From a virus, in the UHGV virus genome UHGV-0137877: 40,625 nucleotides of DNA. One strand, given 5' to 3'. The notes under the pieces are model-generated. The model had not been told where the DNA came from. It saw nothing but the letters and a program-made list of their open reading frames with translations, and did no database searches. This document shows, piece after piece, positions 17,668 to 27,930 of this stretch. A program made the translations under genes and the position numbers. The first letter of the stretch is position 1; each line of letters opens with the position of its first letter.

Positions 17668-18654
17668 ATGGCTGTTAAAGGCTTAACTGCGCTAACGCTG
17701 GCTGACTGGGGTAAGCGCGTCGATCCAAACGGGAAAGTCGATAAGATTATCGAGCTTCTCGGTCAAACTAACCCGATCCTTCAGGATATGCCTTTTGTCG
17801 AAGGGAACCTTCCTACCGGACACCGAACCACCATTCGTTCTGGTTTACCTTCAGCTACCTGGCGTTTGCTGAACTATGGCGTACAGCCAAGCAAATCAAC
17901 CACAGTGCAGGTAACCGATTCCGTTGGCATGCTGGAAACCTATGCTGAAGTCGATAAGTCACTGGCTGATCTGAACGGCAATACCGCCGAATTCCGCCTG
18001 TCTGAAGACCGCGCATTTATTGAAGCGATGAATCAGCAGATGGCGCAGACGCTGTTTTATGGTGATTCCAGCGTTAACCCTCAGCAGTTTATGGGACTGT
18101 CCTCCCGCTATTCCAGCATGTCTGCGGGTAATGCTCAGAACATCATTGATGCTGGTGGCACGGGTACAGATAACACCTCAATCTGGTTAGTGGTGTGGGG
18201 CGAAAACACCGTGCATGGCATCTTCCCGAAAGGGCAGAAGGCTGGCATCCAGATGGAAGATAAAGGCCAGGTGACACTGGAAGATGCTAATGGCGGCAAG
18301 TACGAAGGCTATCGCACCCATTACAAATGGGACAACGGACTTGCTCTGCGTGACTGGCGTTATGTTGTTCGCATTGCAAATATCGATGTCAGCAATCTTT
18401 CAGAACCTTCCTCTGCCGCAAATATTGCGAAGTTGATGGTTAAAGCACTACATCGCATTCCAAACCGTGGCATGGGCCGCCCGGTGTTCTACATGAACCG
18501 CACTGTAGGCCAGGCTCTTGATCTGCAGTCTCTGGAGAAAACATCTCTGGCTATCAGCGTAAAAGAGACTGAAGGCGAGTGGTGGACTTCATTCCGTGGT
18601 GTACCAATCCGTGAAACTGATGCGCTTCTGGAAACAGAATCCCGCGTGGTGTAA
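17668..18654 (+). CDS. Major capsid protein (putative)
   Basis: ORF track 17662..18654; preferred ATG 17668 after AGAGAGGAA; about 330 aa, directly after the scaffold gene and followed by a hairpin at 18671-18690. Confidence 0.6.
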   Translation: MAVKGLTALTLADWGKRVDPNGKVDKIIELLGQTNPILQDMPFVEGNLPTGHRTTIRSGLPSATWRLLNYGVQPSKSTTVQVTDSVGMLETYAEVDKSLADLNGNTAEFRLSEDRAFIEAMNQQMAQTLFYGDSSVNPQQFMGLSSRYSSMSAGNAQNIIDAGGTGTDNTSIWLVVWGENTVHGIFPKGQKAGIQMEDKGQVTLEDANGGKYEGYRTHYKWDNGLALRDWRYVVRIANIDVSNLSEPSSAANIAKLMVKALHRIPNRGMGRPVFYMNRTVGQALDLQSLEKTSLAISVKETEGEWWTSFRGVPIRETDALLETESRVV

Positions 18655-18705
18655 CGCCTGTTATTAACCTGTGGGTCGTAACAGACCCACTAATGGAGAA
18701 AGAAG

Positions 18706-19143
18706 ATGATCACCGACAAACTGTTGATGTTCTCCGAAGCTCAGGCGGTTACGAATACCGCGGCTTCTACTGACGTAATCGATCTCGGTCCAATTGACGG
18801 AAAACGTCGTGATATCGGCGTGGGTTACCCGCTTGAGTTTTGGGTGCTGGTTAACGAAGCCGCCACGGCAAGTGGTGAGGCAACTGTAAACATCCAGTTG
18901 CAGACGAGTGAGAATAACAGCTCATGGACCACTATTTATGATAGTGGCGCACTGGCAAAGGCCACCCTGACAGCAGGTAAGCGAGTTGTTTCTGCAAAGG
19001 TGCCAGCCGGTGTTCAGCGATATCTGCGTGTTAACTACTCCGTCGCAACTGGCCCACTAACGGCTGGCAAATTCACTGCGGGTATCAATCTTGATGTTGA
19101 TGCCAATACGCCGTATCCGATCCGCTCAAAAGTAACTGGTTAA
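18706..19143 (+). CDS. Possible capsid decoration or minor head protein
   Basis: 145 aa; beta-rich composition; position directly after the capsid gene. Confidence 0.35.
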   Translation: MITDKLLMFSEAQAVTNTAASTDVIDLGPIDGKRRDIGVGYPLEFWVLVNEAATASGEATVNIQLQTSENNSSWTTIYDSGALAKATLTAGKRVVSAKVPAGVQRYLRVNYSVATGPLTAGKFTAGINLDVDANTPYPIRSKVTG

Positions 19144-19153
19144 GGTGATATCG

Positions 19154-19489
19154 ATGTCAGGTGAGAAACCAAGATACCGCGTTCTGCGCCTCTCTCATAT
19201 CCATAACACACTGTGGCCGGAGGGGGCAGAAATCGAATACGAAGGTGAGCCTGGTAGCGCACTGGAACCTGTTAACGATGCAGCCAGACAGGCAAAAGCA
19301 AAGGTAGCAGGAAAGGTGTCTATGGCAGCAACCAGCACCAAAATCATCAACGATGTGTCAGATGATGGTGAACTGGATAAGCTCCGTGAAGAGTACGAAT
19401 TGCTCTTTAACGAGAAGCCACACCATAACGCCAAAGCCGAAACGCTCCGCGAGAAGATCGCAGATAAGCGTAAAGAACTGGGCGTGTAA
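19154..19489 (+). CDS. Hypothetical virion-module protein
   Basis: ORF track 19145..19489; preferred ATG 19154 after AAGGTGA. Confidence 0.45.
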   Translation: MSGEKPRYRVLRLSHIHNTLWPEGAEIEYEGEPGSALEPVNDAARQAKAKVAGKVSMAATSTKIINDVSDDGELDKLREEYELLFNEKPHHNAKAETLREKIADKRKELGV

Positions 19490-19507
19490 GCCTCGCGAAT
19501 CAGACAA

Positions 19508-19527
19508 GGGGCTTCGGCCCCTTTATT
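19508..19527 (+). terminator. Intra-operon rho-independent terminator
   Basis: GGGGC-ttcg-GCCCC followed by TTTATT. Confidence 0.55.
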
Positions 19528-19545
19528 GCAGGAGTATAGAAACTT

Positions 19546-20151
19546 ATGGCCTCTGTAGTAGAGATCTGCAATCGTGCGCTGTCCAATATTGGCAACAGCC
19601 GCAGCATTAACAGCCTGACGGAAGCCAGCAAGGAAGCGGGGGAATGTTCGCTGCACTTTGAGGCCTGCCGTGATGCTGTGCTTTCTGATTTTGACTGGAA
19701 CTTTGCTACCAAACGCGTGGCGCTTGCAGATACGAGCAATCCACCGCCTGACTGGGAATATGCGTATCAGTACCCGTCCGATTGTCTGCGCATTACTGAA
19801 ATTATGCTTCCTGGTGTACGCAATCCAACAGCAGCAATGCGCGTTCAGTACGAAGTAGGTGTAGACACCAACGGAACAGGAAAGTTGATCTACACAGACC
19901 AGCCTCAGGCATGGCTCAAGTATGTCTCTCGCGTTACAGATGTGAACATGTTTGATGCCATTTTTATGGAGGCGTTGGCCTGGCGTCTTGCGGCAGCTAT
20001 TAACATGGCGCTGACTGGGAATGCAGACCTCGGTACGTTTGCCCTCAATATGTACAATCGCGTGATTCTTAGTGCTGGCTCGCATAGCCAGAATGAATCA
20101 CAGGAACCACAGCCACCGGTTGACGAGTTTACCATTGCGAGGTTGTCCTGA
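19546..20151 (+). CDS. Tail tubular protein A / adaptor (T7 gp11-like)
   Basis: 201 aa; N-terminal ICNRALSNIGNSRSINSL...DFDWNF follows the pattern recalled for gp11; immediately upstream of a gp12-sized gene. Confidence 0.55.
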   Translation: MASVVEICNRALSNIGNSRSINSLTEASKEAGECSLHFEACRDAVLSDFDWNFATKRVALADTSNPPPDWEYAYQYPSDCLRITEIMLPGVRNPTAAMRVQYEVGVDTNGTGKLIYTDQPQAWLKYVSRVTDVNMFDAIFMEALAWRLAAAINMALTGNADLGTFALNMYNRVILSAGSHSQNESQEPQPPVDEFTIARLS

Positions 20152-22604
20152 TGGCTATCAGTTGGATCCAGCCCAGCTTTGCCGGTGGTGAGATTGGACC
20201 GTCGTTGTACGGTCGTATCGACATGGCGAAGTACCAGGTGGCATTGCGCAAGTGCGATAACTTTATCGTGCGGCAGTATGGCGGCGTTGAGAGTCGACCT
20301 GGTACGCGTTTTGTCGGTGCCGCCAAATACCCAAATCGGAAATGCCGCCTGATCCCGTTCCAGTTCTCGACGGTTCAGACTTATGCTCTGGAGTTCGGAC
20401 ACCAGTACATGCGCGTTATCAAAGATGGTGCGTTGGTGCTGAACAGCAGCAATGTTATTTATGAAATTGCCACGCCATATACTGAAGCCGATCTGTTCCG
20501 AATTAAATTCACGCAAAGCGCCGACGTGCTTACGCTGGTTCATCCGGCATACCCGCCGAAAGAGTTGCGTCGCTATGCGCATGACAACTGGCAACTGGTT
20601 GATGTGGTAACGAAGAACGGGCCATTTGAAGATATCAATATTGACGAGTCAGTGACGGTTTATGCCAGCGCCAGCACCGGGACAATTACGTTAACGGCAA
20701 GCGCCTCTATTTTTGGCGCGGAGCAGGTAGGCAAATTGTTCTATCTGGAACAGCCTGCAGTGGATTCAGTGCCGGTATGGGAAACCAGTAAGAGTACGTC
20801 GATTGGCGATATTCGCCGTGCAGACAGTAACTACTATCGCGCCGTTACAGCAGGCAAAACAGGTACTTTGCGCCCTTCGCATACAGAAGGCACATCATGG
20901 GATGGCTGGGGCGGATCCGGTGATGATGATACTGGCATTGAGTGGGAATATCTGCACAGTGGTTTTGGCATTGCCCGTATCACTGCTGCAAATGGAACTA
21001 CTGCAACTGCCGAGGTGATTTCCTATATCCCTTCGCAGGTCGTTGGCGAGGATAATGCCAGCTATAAATGGGCTAAATATGCCTGGAACAGTGTTAATGG
21101 TTATCCTGGCACTGTTGTTTATTATCAACAGCGTCTTTACTTCGCCGCATCGACTGCGTTCCCTCAGACTATCTGGGCCAGCCGTACTGGGGATTATAAG
21201 GATTTTGGCAAAAGCAATCCTACGCAGGATGACGATAGAATTATCTACACCTATGCCGGGCGTCAGGTTAATGAGATCCGCCACCTGATTGATGTTGGTT
21301 CGCTGGTGGCGCTGACTTCCGGAGGTGAGTACGTCATCACCGGCGACCAGAACAAAGTGTTAACCCCATCATCATTTGCATTCAGCTCTCAGGGATCAAA
21401 TGGCTCAAGCAACGTCCCACCAATTGCCGTGGCGAATATTGCTCTGTTCGTCCAGGAGAAAGGCAGTGTTGTCCGTGATCTGGCCTATTCATTCGATGTT
21501 GACGGCTATCAGGGGAACGACCTTACTATCCTTGCCAATCATCTTTTTCAGAAGCACAGCATTGTTGACTGGTGCTTCTCTATTGTCCCTTACTCCAGCG
21601 CCTTCTGCATTCGTGATGACGGTAAATTACTGGTGATGACCTATCTGCGTGATCAACAGGTTTTTGCATGGGCACCACAGTCCAGTACCGGAAAATATGA
21701 AAGCACATGCAGTATCAGCGAAGGCAATGAAGATGCGGTGTATTTCGTCGTTAACCGAACCGTTAACGGGCAAACAGTGAGATACATCGAGCGACTGTCC
21801 AGCCGTTTATTTACCAGCGATGAAGATGCTTTCTTTGTTGATTCTGGCCTTAGCTATGATGGAAGAAATACGTCTGACAGAACGATGACCATCACTGGTG
21901 GTTCTGGTGAATGGGATTACCGCGCGGAATATACAATCAGTGTTTCTGGTGGTGCGTACTTCACCAGTAGTGATGTCGGTGCGCAACTACAGTTCCCTTA
22001 TACCGGCGATGAAGTGTCAAAAGAATTACGTTGCGACATTATTTCTGTAACCAGCAATACCGCAGTAGTGGTTCGTGCTAACAGGAACGTCCCGCCATCC
22101 CTCAGGAATGTGGCTACCACAAACTGGCAGATGGCGCGCCGGACATTTGGCGGCTTGTCTCATCTTGAAGGCCAGACCGTAAACATCCTCTCTGATGCGA
22201 ACGTGGAACCACAAAAAGTGGTTTCCGGAGGTGCCGTCACGCTGGAATCACCGGGGGCTGTTGTGCACATCGGCCTGCCAATAACTGCTGAATTCGAAAC
22301 ACTGGATATCAACATTAACGGACAGGAAACGCTGCTGGACAAAAAACAGGTGATCCCGTCCGTTACTCTGGTTGTGAATGCCAGTCGCGGCATCTGGGCG
22401 ACTACGCCCGGCGGTAAATGGTACGAATATCCACAGCGTGAATTCGAGTTCTACGATGATCCTGTTGATGACGCTACCGGAAAAGTAGAAGTGAAACTGG
22501 ACAGTAACTGGGGCAAAAACGGACGTGTAAAAATCCGTCAGCTTGACCCGTTGCCGCTGTCTGTTCTTGCCGTTATTCCTCGCCTTACTGTTGGGGGATT
22601 CTGA
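20151..22604 (+). CDS. Tail tubular protein B / nozzle (T7 gp12-like)
   Basis: 817 aa; size and position match gp12; N-terminal GGEIGPSLYGR. Confidence 0.55.
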   Translation: MAISWIQPSFAGGEIGPSLYGRIDMAKYQVALRKCDNFIVRQYGGVESRPGTRFVGAAKYPNRKCRLIPFQFSTVQTYALEFGHQYMRVIKDGALVLNSSNVIYEIATPYTEADLFRIKFTQSADVLTLVHPAYPPKELRRYAHDNWQLVDVVTKNGPFEDINIDESVTVYASASTGTITLTASASIFGAEQVGKLFYLEQPAVDSVPVWETSKSTSIGDIRRADSNYYRAVTAGKTGTLRPSHTEGTSWDGWGGSGDDDTGIEWEYLHSGFGIARITAANGTTATAEVISYIPSQVVGEDNASYKWAKYAWNSVNGYPGTVVYYQQRLYFAASTAFPQTIWASRTGDYKDFGKSNPTQDDDRIIYTYAGRQVNEIRHLIDVGSLVALTSGGEYVITGDQNKVLTPSSFAFSSQGSNGSSNVPPIAVANIALFVQEKGSVVRDLAYSFDVDGYQGNDLTILANHLFQKHSIVDWCFSIVPYSSAFCIRDDGKLLVMTYLRDQQVFAWAPQSSTGKYESTCSISEGNEDAVYFVVNRTVNGQTVRYIERLSSRLFTSDEDAFFVDSGLSYDGRNTSDRTMTITGGSGEWDYRAEYTISVSGGAYFTSSDVGAQLQFPYTGDEVSKELRCDIISVTSNTAVVVRANRNVPPSLRNVATTNWQMARRTFGGLSHLEGQTVNILSDANVEPQKVVSGGAVTLESPGAVVHIGLPITAEFETLDININGQETLLDKKQVIPSVTLVVNASRGIWATTPGGKWYEYPQREFEFYDDPVDDATGKVEVKLDSNWGKNGRVKIRQLDPLPLSVLAVIPRLTVGGF

Positions 22605-23068
22605 TGATCGACGTTCAAATTATTCCCGCTACCGAAGAGCATCTTCAGATGATTTTGCCGGATGTTCGTCAGGCTGATATTGACGAACTGTATGCGGTAT
22701 CGCTGATGACTACCGAAGATGCGCTGCGTGTTGGTCTGCGTACTGCGACTATGGCCTGGTCAGGATTTGCGAACGGAGAACTGGTAACCATGTTTGGCGT
22801 ATCTCCGGCGTCAATGATCGGTGGCAATGGTACGCCCTGGCTGGTCGGAACCAGCCGTATCGAAAAATATCAGAAGACATTTCTTCGCCACTGCCGCCCT
22901 GTATTGCAGCAGATGCTGGCAGTTTATCCGCGCCTGGAAAACTATGTCGACGAGCGAAACCATGTTGCCAAAGCATGGCTGCACTGGCTTGGATTCAGGC
23001 TTGAAGAAGCCGCGCCTTATGGTGCTCTTGGTCTTAATTTCCACAGATTTCACATGGAGAGAAAATAA
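22604..23068 (+). CDS. Hypothetical virion protein (gp13 position)
   Basis: 154 aa; assigned by position only. Confidence 0.4.
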   Translation: MIDVQIIPATEEHLQMILPDVRQADIDELYAVSLMTTEDALRVGLRTATMAWSGFANGELVTMFGVSPASMIGGNGTPWLVGTSRIEKYQKTFLRHCRPVLQQMLAVYPRLENYVDERNHVAKAWLHWLGFRLEEAAPYGALGLNFHRFHMERK

Positions 23069-23613
23069 TGTGCGATCCGGTTATTGCTGGTGGCGCAATG
23101 CTCGCCATGAGTGGCATTCAGGCATACACCCAGTACCAACAGGGAAAGTATGCCTCGAAGGTTGCAGAAGCGAACGCAGATATAGCCACAGCTCAGGCAA
23201 ATGATGCAATAAACAGGGGTAACGCTGAAGCTGAGCAACGGCGCAGAGAGACCCGACAGCGGCTTGGTACACAGGCGGCGACAATGGGGGCTACCGGCGC
23301 CGATTTATCTACAGGTAACGCGCTGGATATATTTGGTGACACTGCTCAGTTTGGCGCTCTTGATTCGCTGACGACGGTGAATAACGCGCAACGCGAGGCT
23401 TACGGTTATCAGGTTCAGGCTGCCAACTATAAAGCAGAAGCCAGTTCAGCCCGTAAACAGGGGAATGTGGGAGCAGCAACAACATTGCTCACTGCGCCTC
23501 TGAAGGCATACGGTGCGTACCAGATGTTTGGTGGGACGTGGAGTCCGTTTACTCAAAGCACCCCTGCGCCAATCGGGGCAGCAGCAGGAACCAGATTACC
23601 CGGAGGATTATAA
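23068..23613 (+). CDS. Internal virion/ejection protein (gp14-like)
   Basis: 181 aa; starts MC, with Ala/Gln-rich N-terminus as in gp14-type proteins. Confidence 0.5.
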   Translation: MCDPVIAGGAMLAMSGIQAYTQYQQGKYASKVAEANADIATAQANDAINRGNAEAEQRRRETRQRLGTQAATMGATGADLSTGNALDIFGDTAQFGALDSLTTVNNAQREAYGYQVQAANYKAEASSARKQGNVGAATTLLTAPLKAYGAYQMFGGTWSPFTQSTPAPIGAAAGTRLPGGL

Positions 23614-26126
23614 TGCCAGTCGTACCAACAGTATCCGGCCGTCAGGTTCAGAGCCGTGGAGTTCAGTCAGCAGGCTTGCAGACGTTTTCTCAGCCAGGTA
23701 TTGGTGATGCTTTTGTTCGGGCAGGGACAGAGGCAATTGATGTTTTTGGTCAGGCAAAACAGCGTGCCAATATCGCTCTGGCTCAGGAGGCATCTCTTAA
23801 CCTCAGTCAGATAAGCAGTGATCTGCTGAATAATCCTGAAACAGGATTGCTTAACCTGAAAGGGAAAAATGCTATTGGAAAAGGTCAGGAGTATACGCAG
23901 CAGTTTGATGCTCAGGTCGAACAACTGGCTATGTCGCTGCCGGATGAACAGGCTCGTAATGCTTTCATGCAGCAGGCGCAGCAGCAGCGCATTCAGTTCA
24001 CTACGCAGGCAGGGCGGCACGAGATAGGGCAAATAAATGCCTACGAAGAAGGCCAGTTTCAGGCTACGCTGCTGAACAATGGTAAAAATGCCGCAGCATT
24101 GTATGGCGACAACGTCGCATACGTATTGGCTAATAAGCAAACTTTCCAGCAAATTGAGGATTACGGCATTGCACATGGCTGGAGTGACGAGCAAATCCAG
24201 GCCAAGAAAATCGAGTTTAAAGAAGCAACAGCAAAAGCAACTGCTCAAAATGCTATTGGAGCAAACTATCTTCAGGTAAGACAGCAAAACGGCGAGTTAA
24301 GCGATACTGCTGCTGGATCTCGCCGTGCTGTAGCAGATAGTGGCTCTTCCGATCGTACCCGCGGTATACGCAACAATAACCCCGGCAATCTTGAATACAG
24401 CAAAACTAATCCGTGGGTTGGGCAGACTGGTGATGATGGTCGCTTTGCCAAATTCGAAACCCCTGAACACGGTATTCGTGCATTAGGGCGGAACCTGATG
24501 TCGTATCAGCGGCAGGGTATTGATACCGTCAGCGAGATAATTAATCGCTGGGCACCGCCTACTGATAAAAATGACACTATGTCGTATATCAAAGCAGTGT
24601 GCGAACAACTTGGCGTTTCTGCTGATGAGCCTCTCGATGCATCAAATCCTGATACCCTGAAGGCGCTTTGTGCAGCCATTATCCATCATGAAAACGGTAG
24701 CCAGCCATACAGTGATCAGCAGTTAACTGCAGGTGTTAGTGCTGCGCTGGGGCTTTCTCAGCTACCGACAAAAAATAAACGTTATACCGGTGTAGCCTGG
24801 TTCGATGCTTTAAGTGAATCAGATCAGGCCAGCGTGTTGCGACAGACTGATGCACTAGCCAGACAACAGCAGGCTGAATATAAAACGATGCTCGACAGCC
24901 GGGTTCGCGATGCGACGGCTGCGTATATGCGTGGCGTTGAATTTCCTAACCCACCTGGTGAGGATGATTTTATTGCAGCTTATGGAGTCAGAGAAGGAAA
25001 CCTGCGATATACCGAGTTTAAGAATACGCAGATCGCCGGACAGTATATCGGCTCTTTCCGCAACATGCCGACAAGCAGCATTACAGCATATGTTGAGCAA
25101 TTACGCCCGGATACTGGTGAAACAGGGGAGGGGTATGCGGCACGCGCAGCTCTTTATGACAACGTTGTTTCGGCTGCAAATCAGGTGATAAAGCAGCGGC
25201 AGTCGGATCCTGTGCAGTTCTCTCTTGCCTCCGGACAGACAAAGCCTATCGACATGAGCAATAAGGATAACTTTGGACAGAGCGTTGCCTTGCGTGCCGC
25301 TCAGGTCAGTGACCTTGCTAAGTCATATGGCACTCCACTGACGTTCTTTTCCAAAGACGAGGCCAATCAGATCGGTGTTTTCTTTCGTGATGCTCCAGTT
25401 TCCCAACAGGCAGCATATCTCGATACCATCAGGCAGAGCACTGGTGGTGGGCAGGTGTATATGTCAGCACTACAGCAGATCAGTGCCAACGCTCCATCTG
25501 CTGCCGTTGCCGGGATACTGATGGACAAGCCTGGTGGTATTTTGGCAGAAAAAAACTGGTTTAATCCGGATGTTTCCGTGTCTCCTGAAACCGCTGCGCA
25601 GACAATTCTTGCTGGCGCGGCGGCTCGTAAAGGTACTGATGATGCGAAAGGTATTCCGATGCCTAAAGATGCTGATCTTCGCCTTGAGTTTTCTGACATG
25701 GTGAAGGATGCATTTGCTGGTGATGCTCAGGGGGCATCAATGGCATACGAGATCGCAAAGGACTATTACGCTGGTGTGATGGCGAAAAAAGGCGTGATAT
25801 CAGGTGAAATTGACACTGATATCTGGAAACAGGCTGTTAACGTAGCTACAGGTGGCGTGCATGACTATAACGGAATGGGGAATGTCCTTTTGCCGTGGGG
25901 AATGTCTGCAGAGCAATTCGATAAGCAGGTTAATCAGGCTTGGAATGAACAAGTTGTCGGCACTGGGATAAAAACACCGCCTGGTCAGTATGGTTTGCAA
26001 AGTTACGGCGATAGTCAGTATCTGGTGAAACTTGGTACTGGTTATCTGCTGAAAGATGATGGTTCTCCTGTTGTTCTTGATCTGACACAGAAGCGTCAGA
26101 GATTCTCCGGAGATATTCCGCAATGA
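23613..26126 (+). CDS. Internal virion/ejection protein (gp15-like)
   Basis: ORF track 23538..26126; preferred ATG 23613 after GGAGG; 837 aa; contains RGIRNNNPGNL...AIIHHENG segment. Confidence 0.5.
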   Translation: MPVVPTVSGRQVQSRGVQSAGLQTFSQPGIGDAFVRAGTEAIDVFGQAKQRANIALAQEASLNLSQISSDLLNNPETGLLNLKGKNAIGKGQEYTQQFDAQVEQLAMSLPDEQARNAFMQQAQQQRIQFTTQAGRHEIGQINAYEEGQFQATLLNNGKNAAALYGDNVAYVLANKQTFQQIEDYGIAHGWSDEQIQAKKIEFKEATAKATAQNAIGANYLQVRQQNGELSDTAAGSRRAVADSGSSDRTRGIRNNNPGNLEYSKTNPWVGQTGDDGRFAKFETPEHGIRALGRNLMSYQRQGIDTVSEIINRWAPPTDKNDTMSYIKAVCEQLGVSADEPLDASNPDTLKALCAAIIHHENGSQPYSDQQLTAGVSAALGLSQLPTKNKRYTGVAWFDALSESDQASVLRQTDALARQQQAEYKTMLDSRVRDATAAYMRGVEFPNPPGEDDFIAAYGVREGNLRYTEFKNTQIAGQYIGSFRNMPTSSITAYVEQLRPDTGETGEGYAARAALYDNVVSAANQVIKQRQSDPVQFSLASGQTKPIDMSNKDNFGQSVALRAAQVSDLAKSYGTPLTFFSKDEANQIGVFFRDAPVSQQAAYLDTIRQSTGGGQVYMSALQQISANAPSAAVAGILMDKPGGILAEKNWFNPDVSVSPETAAQTILAGAAARKGTDDAKGIPMPKDADLRLEFSDMVKDAFAGDAQGASMAYEIAKDYYAGVMAKKGVISGEIDTDIWKQAVNVATGGVHDYNGMGNVLLPWGMSAEQFDKQVNQAWNEQVVGTGIKTPPGQYGLQSYGDSQYLVKLGTGYLLKDDGSPVVLDLTQKRQRFSGDIPQ

Positions 26127-27925
26127 GTTACTTTGGCCTTAATCCAGTAAACCAGAATCAGCAGCTTGACGAAGCAGCATCAAATCCAGCGGGCTTTAAC
26201 AGCGATGTTGGTTTTTTCGACAATGCTGTAGGAGCGGCATTGTCTGGTTTGTACTCCGGGCTGGTGGCAAAGCCAGACCAGTTGCTATGGGCAGGAATGG
26301 ATAAAATCGTATCCCCGATTGCTCAGTTTGTTAACGAAAACACCTCGTTCAATGATACTTCAGTTTCATACATTGCCGAGCAGAGAAAACTAGCAGAGCA
26401 GCAGGTTAAGCGGTTGACGCCTGATGCCGCGACAACCGGAACCGCCGGGCAGGTTCTTTATGGGTTGTTCGATATGGGCGGACAGGCTGTTGTCGGTTCA
26501 GCATTAGCAGGGCCGATTGGTGGCGCAGCCGCAGTTACCTCTCTTCAGGGATTCTCTGAATTTGAGCGCCTGTCCGCTCAGGGTGTTGATTTCAGGACGG
26601 CGCAGGAAGCGGGATTAGTGCAGGGTATTACTGCTGGTGCCGGAACACTGATCCCTATGAGCCTCGGGTTACGTGCTGGTGGTGCGCTGGCGGAAGGTGT
26701 GGCGGCCCAGCTTGCGCGGACGGGTGAAAGTTCAGTGCGACGCGCCGCAGCAACAGCAGTACGTGCAACGCCAGATATTGCCTATGCCACAGGTACAAAT
26801 ATTGCGTTCGGTATGGCACAGCGTGGGCTTACTGCAAAAACGCTTCGTGATGGTGGCTATAGCGAAATGGCTAACCAGTATGATGTGTTGGATCGACAGG
26901 CAATTGCTATTGATGCTGTTCTTGGGGTGGCGTTTGGTGGTGTCGGCAGATTTATGAACTCTCGCGGCGAGTCTACAAGCGCACCAAATTTTGCACCAGT
27001 TGATATCGATGCTGCACTGGCGGCGAATGCCGCTCATCATGCTGAAATTGATATTGCTCCCGGCGTTCCGATCAACGTGCTTTCGCGTAATTCGCACATT
27101 CAGGCTCTGCGAAAAGCCATGTCTGATGTTAGCCAGGGGAGACCTGTAGACGTTGCCAGCATTGTTGAGTCTGCATCTTTCAGTGAAATTCCTGGGCGCA
27201 AGAGTCTGCTGTCTCAGGCAGTTAATGAGGCTCTGTCATCTGTAGATGATGGAGTAACGGCGCGCGCTATAGAAAATCGGTTGCTTGAAGAACAGGCCGC
27301 GCAGCTTTTGCCGCGTGGCGATAGACAGGTTTACCAGTCTGAAATCGCTAATAGCCAACGAATTATTGAAAATCTCACTGAACAGCGCGCACAAATTCTT
27401 GCAGAAGAGCCAACCGGTAGCGGTAAGGCTTTATCTCGTGCTCGATCAGATAAACAGGCCAGACTTCGCGATATTGACCAACGAATCCGGCAGGCACAAG
27501 AACGCTTGGAATTTTCCCGTAACGCGTTGGCACCGCATGAGCCTGGCGGTCAGTTTTTTGAAGCTCGAGCAGAACTGGCACGGCGACAGCAGGCAGAAAG
27601 TGAACTTAATGCTCAGGCTGTTTCATTCTATAAAACAGCAGAGGTCAGGACGCCAGACGAAGTAGCTCCTTTTGAGCCCGGTAAGATATTGCAACAGACA
27701 GAACAAAAAATGATGTCAGATCAGGCAGGAGATATTGATCTGCGCATAGCTGAAGACTCGCTGCTTGAATCACCTGACATGATAATCACCGTGCTGGATG
27801 ATGATGGTAATCCACAATCGCGCAGTGCGCGTGAAGTACTGGATGAAACGAACAGGGAAAGTGAGCAGGCAATACAGGATTCCAGCCTGTTTGATGTCGC
27901 TGTGGCGTGTTTCTTGAGAGGTTAA
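26123..27925 (+). CDS. Internal virion/ejection protein (gp16-like, first part)
   Basis: 600 aa; start overlaps upstream stop; Gly/Ala-rich N-terminus, coiled-coil C-terminus. Confidence 0.45.
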   Translation: MSYFGLNPVNQNQQLDEAASNPAGFNSDVGFFDNAVGAALSGLYSGLVAKPDQLLWAGMDKIVSPIAQFVNENTSFNDTSVSYIAEQRKLAEQQVKRLTPDAATTGTAGQVLYGLFDMGGQAVVGSALAGPIGGAAAVTSLQGFSEFERLSAQGVDFRTAQEAGLVQGITAGAGTLIPMSLGLRAGGALAEGVAAQLARTGESSVRRAAATAVRATPDIAYATGTNIAFGMAQRGLTAKTLRDGGYSEMANQYDVLDRQAIAIDAVLGVAFGGVGRFMNSRGESTSAPNFAPVDIDAALAANAAHHAEIDIAPGVPINVLSRNSHIQALRKAMSDVSQGRPVDVASIVESASFSEIPGRKSLLSQAVNEALSSVDDGVTARAIENRLLEEQAAQLLPRGDRQVYQSEIANSQRIIENLTEQRAQILAEEPTGSGKALSRARSDKQARLRDIDQRIRQAQERLEFSRNALAPHEPGGQFFEARAELARRQQAESELNAQAVSFYKTAEVRTPDEVAPFEPGKILQQTEQKMMSDQAGDIDLRIAEDSLLESPDMIITVLDDDGNPQSRSAREVLDETNRESEQAIQDSSLFDVAVACFLRG

Positions 27926-27930
27926 ATTAA

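Noticed and set aside
16968-17668. Overlapping alternative-frame ORFs (16968..17243, 17087..17668) in the scaffold region
   Set aside because: Same or opposite strand as the scaffold gene with no RBS; low-complexity translations.
19195-20085. 296-aa ORF antisense to the gp11-like and neighbouring genes
   Set aside because: Antisense to several tightly coupled genes with good RBSs; no start context.
23538-23612. N-terminal extension of the 862-aa ORF
   Set aside because: The internal ATG at 23613 has a GGAGG RBS and avoids overlap with the upstream gene.
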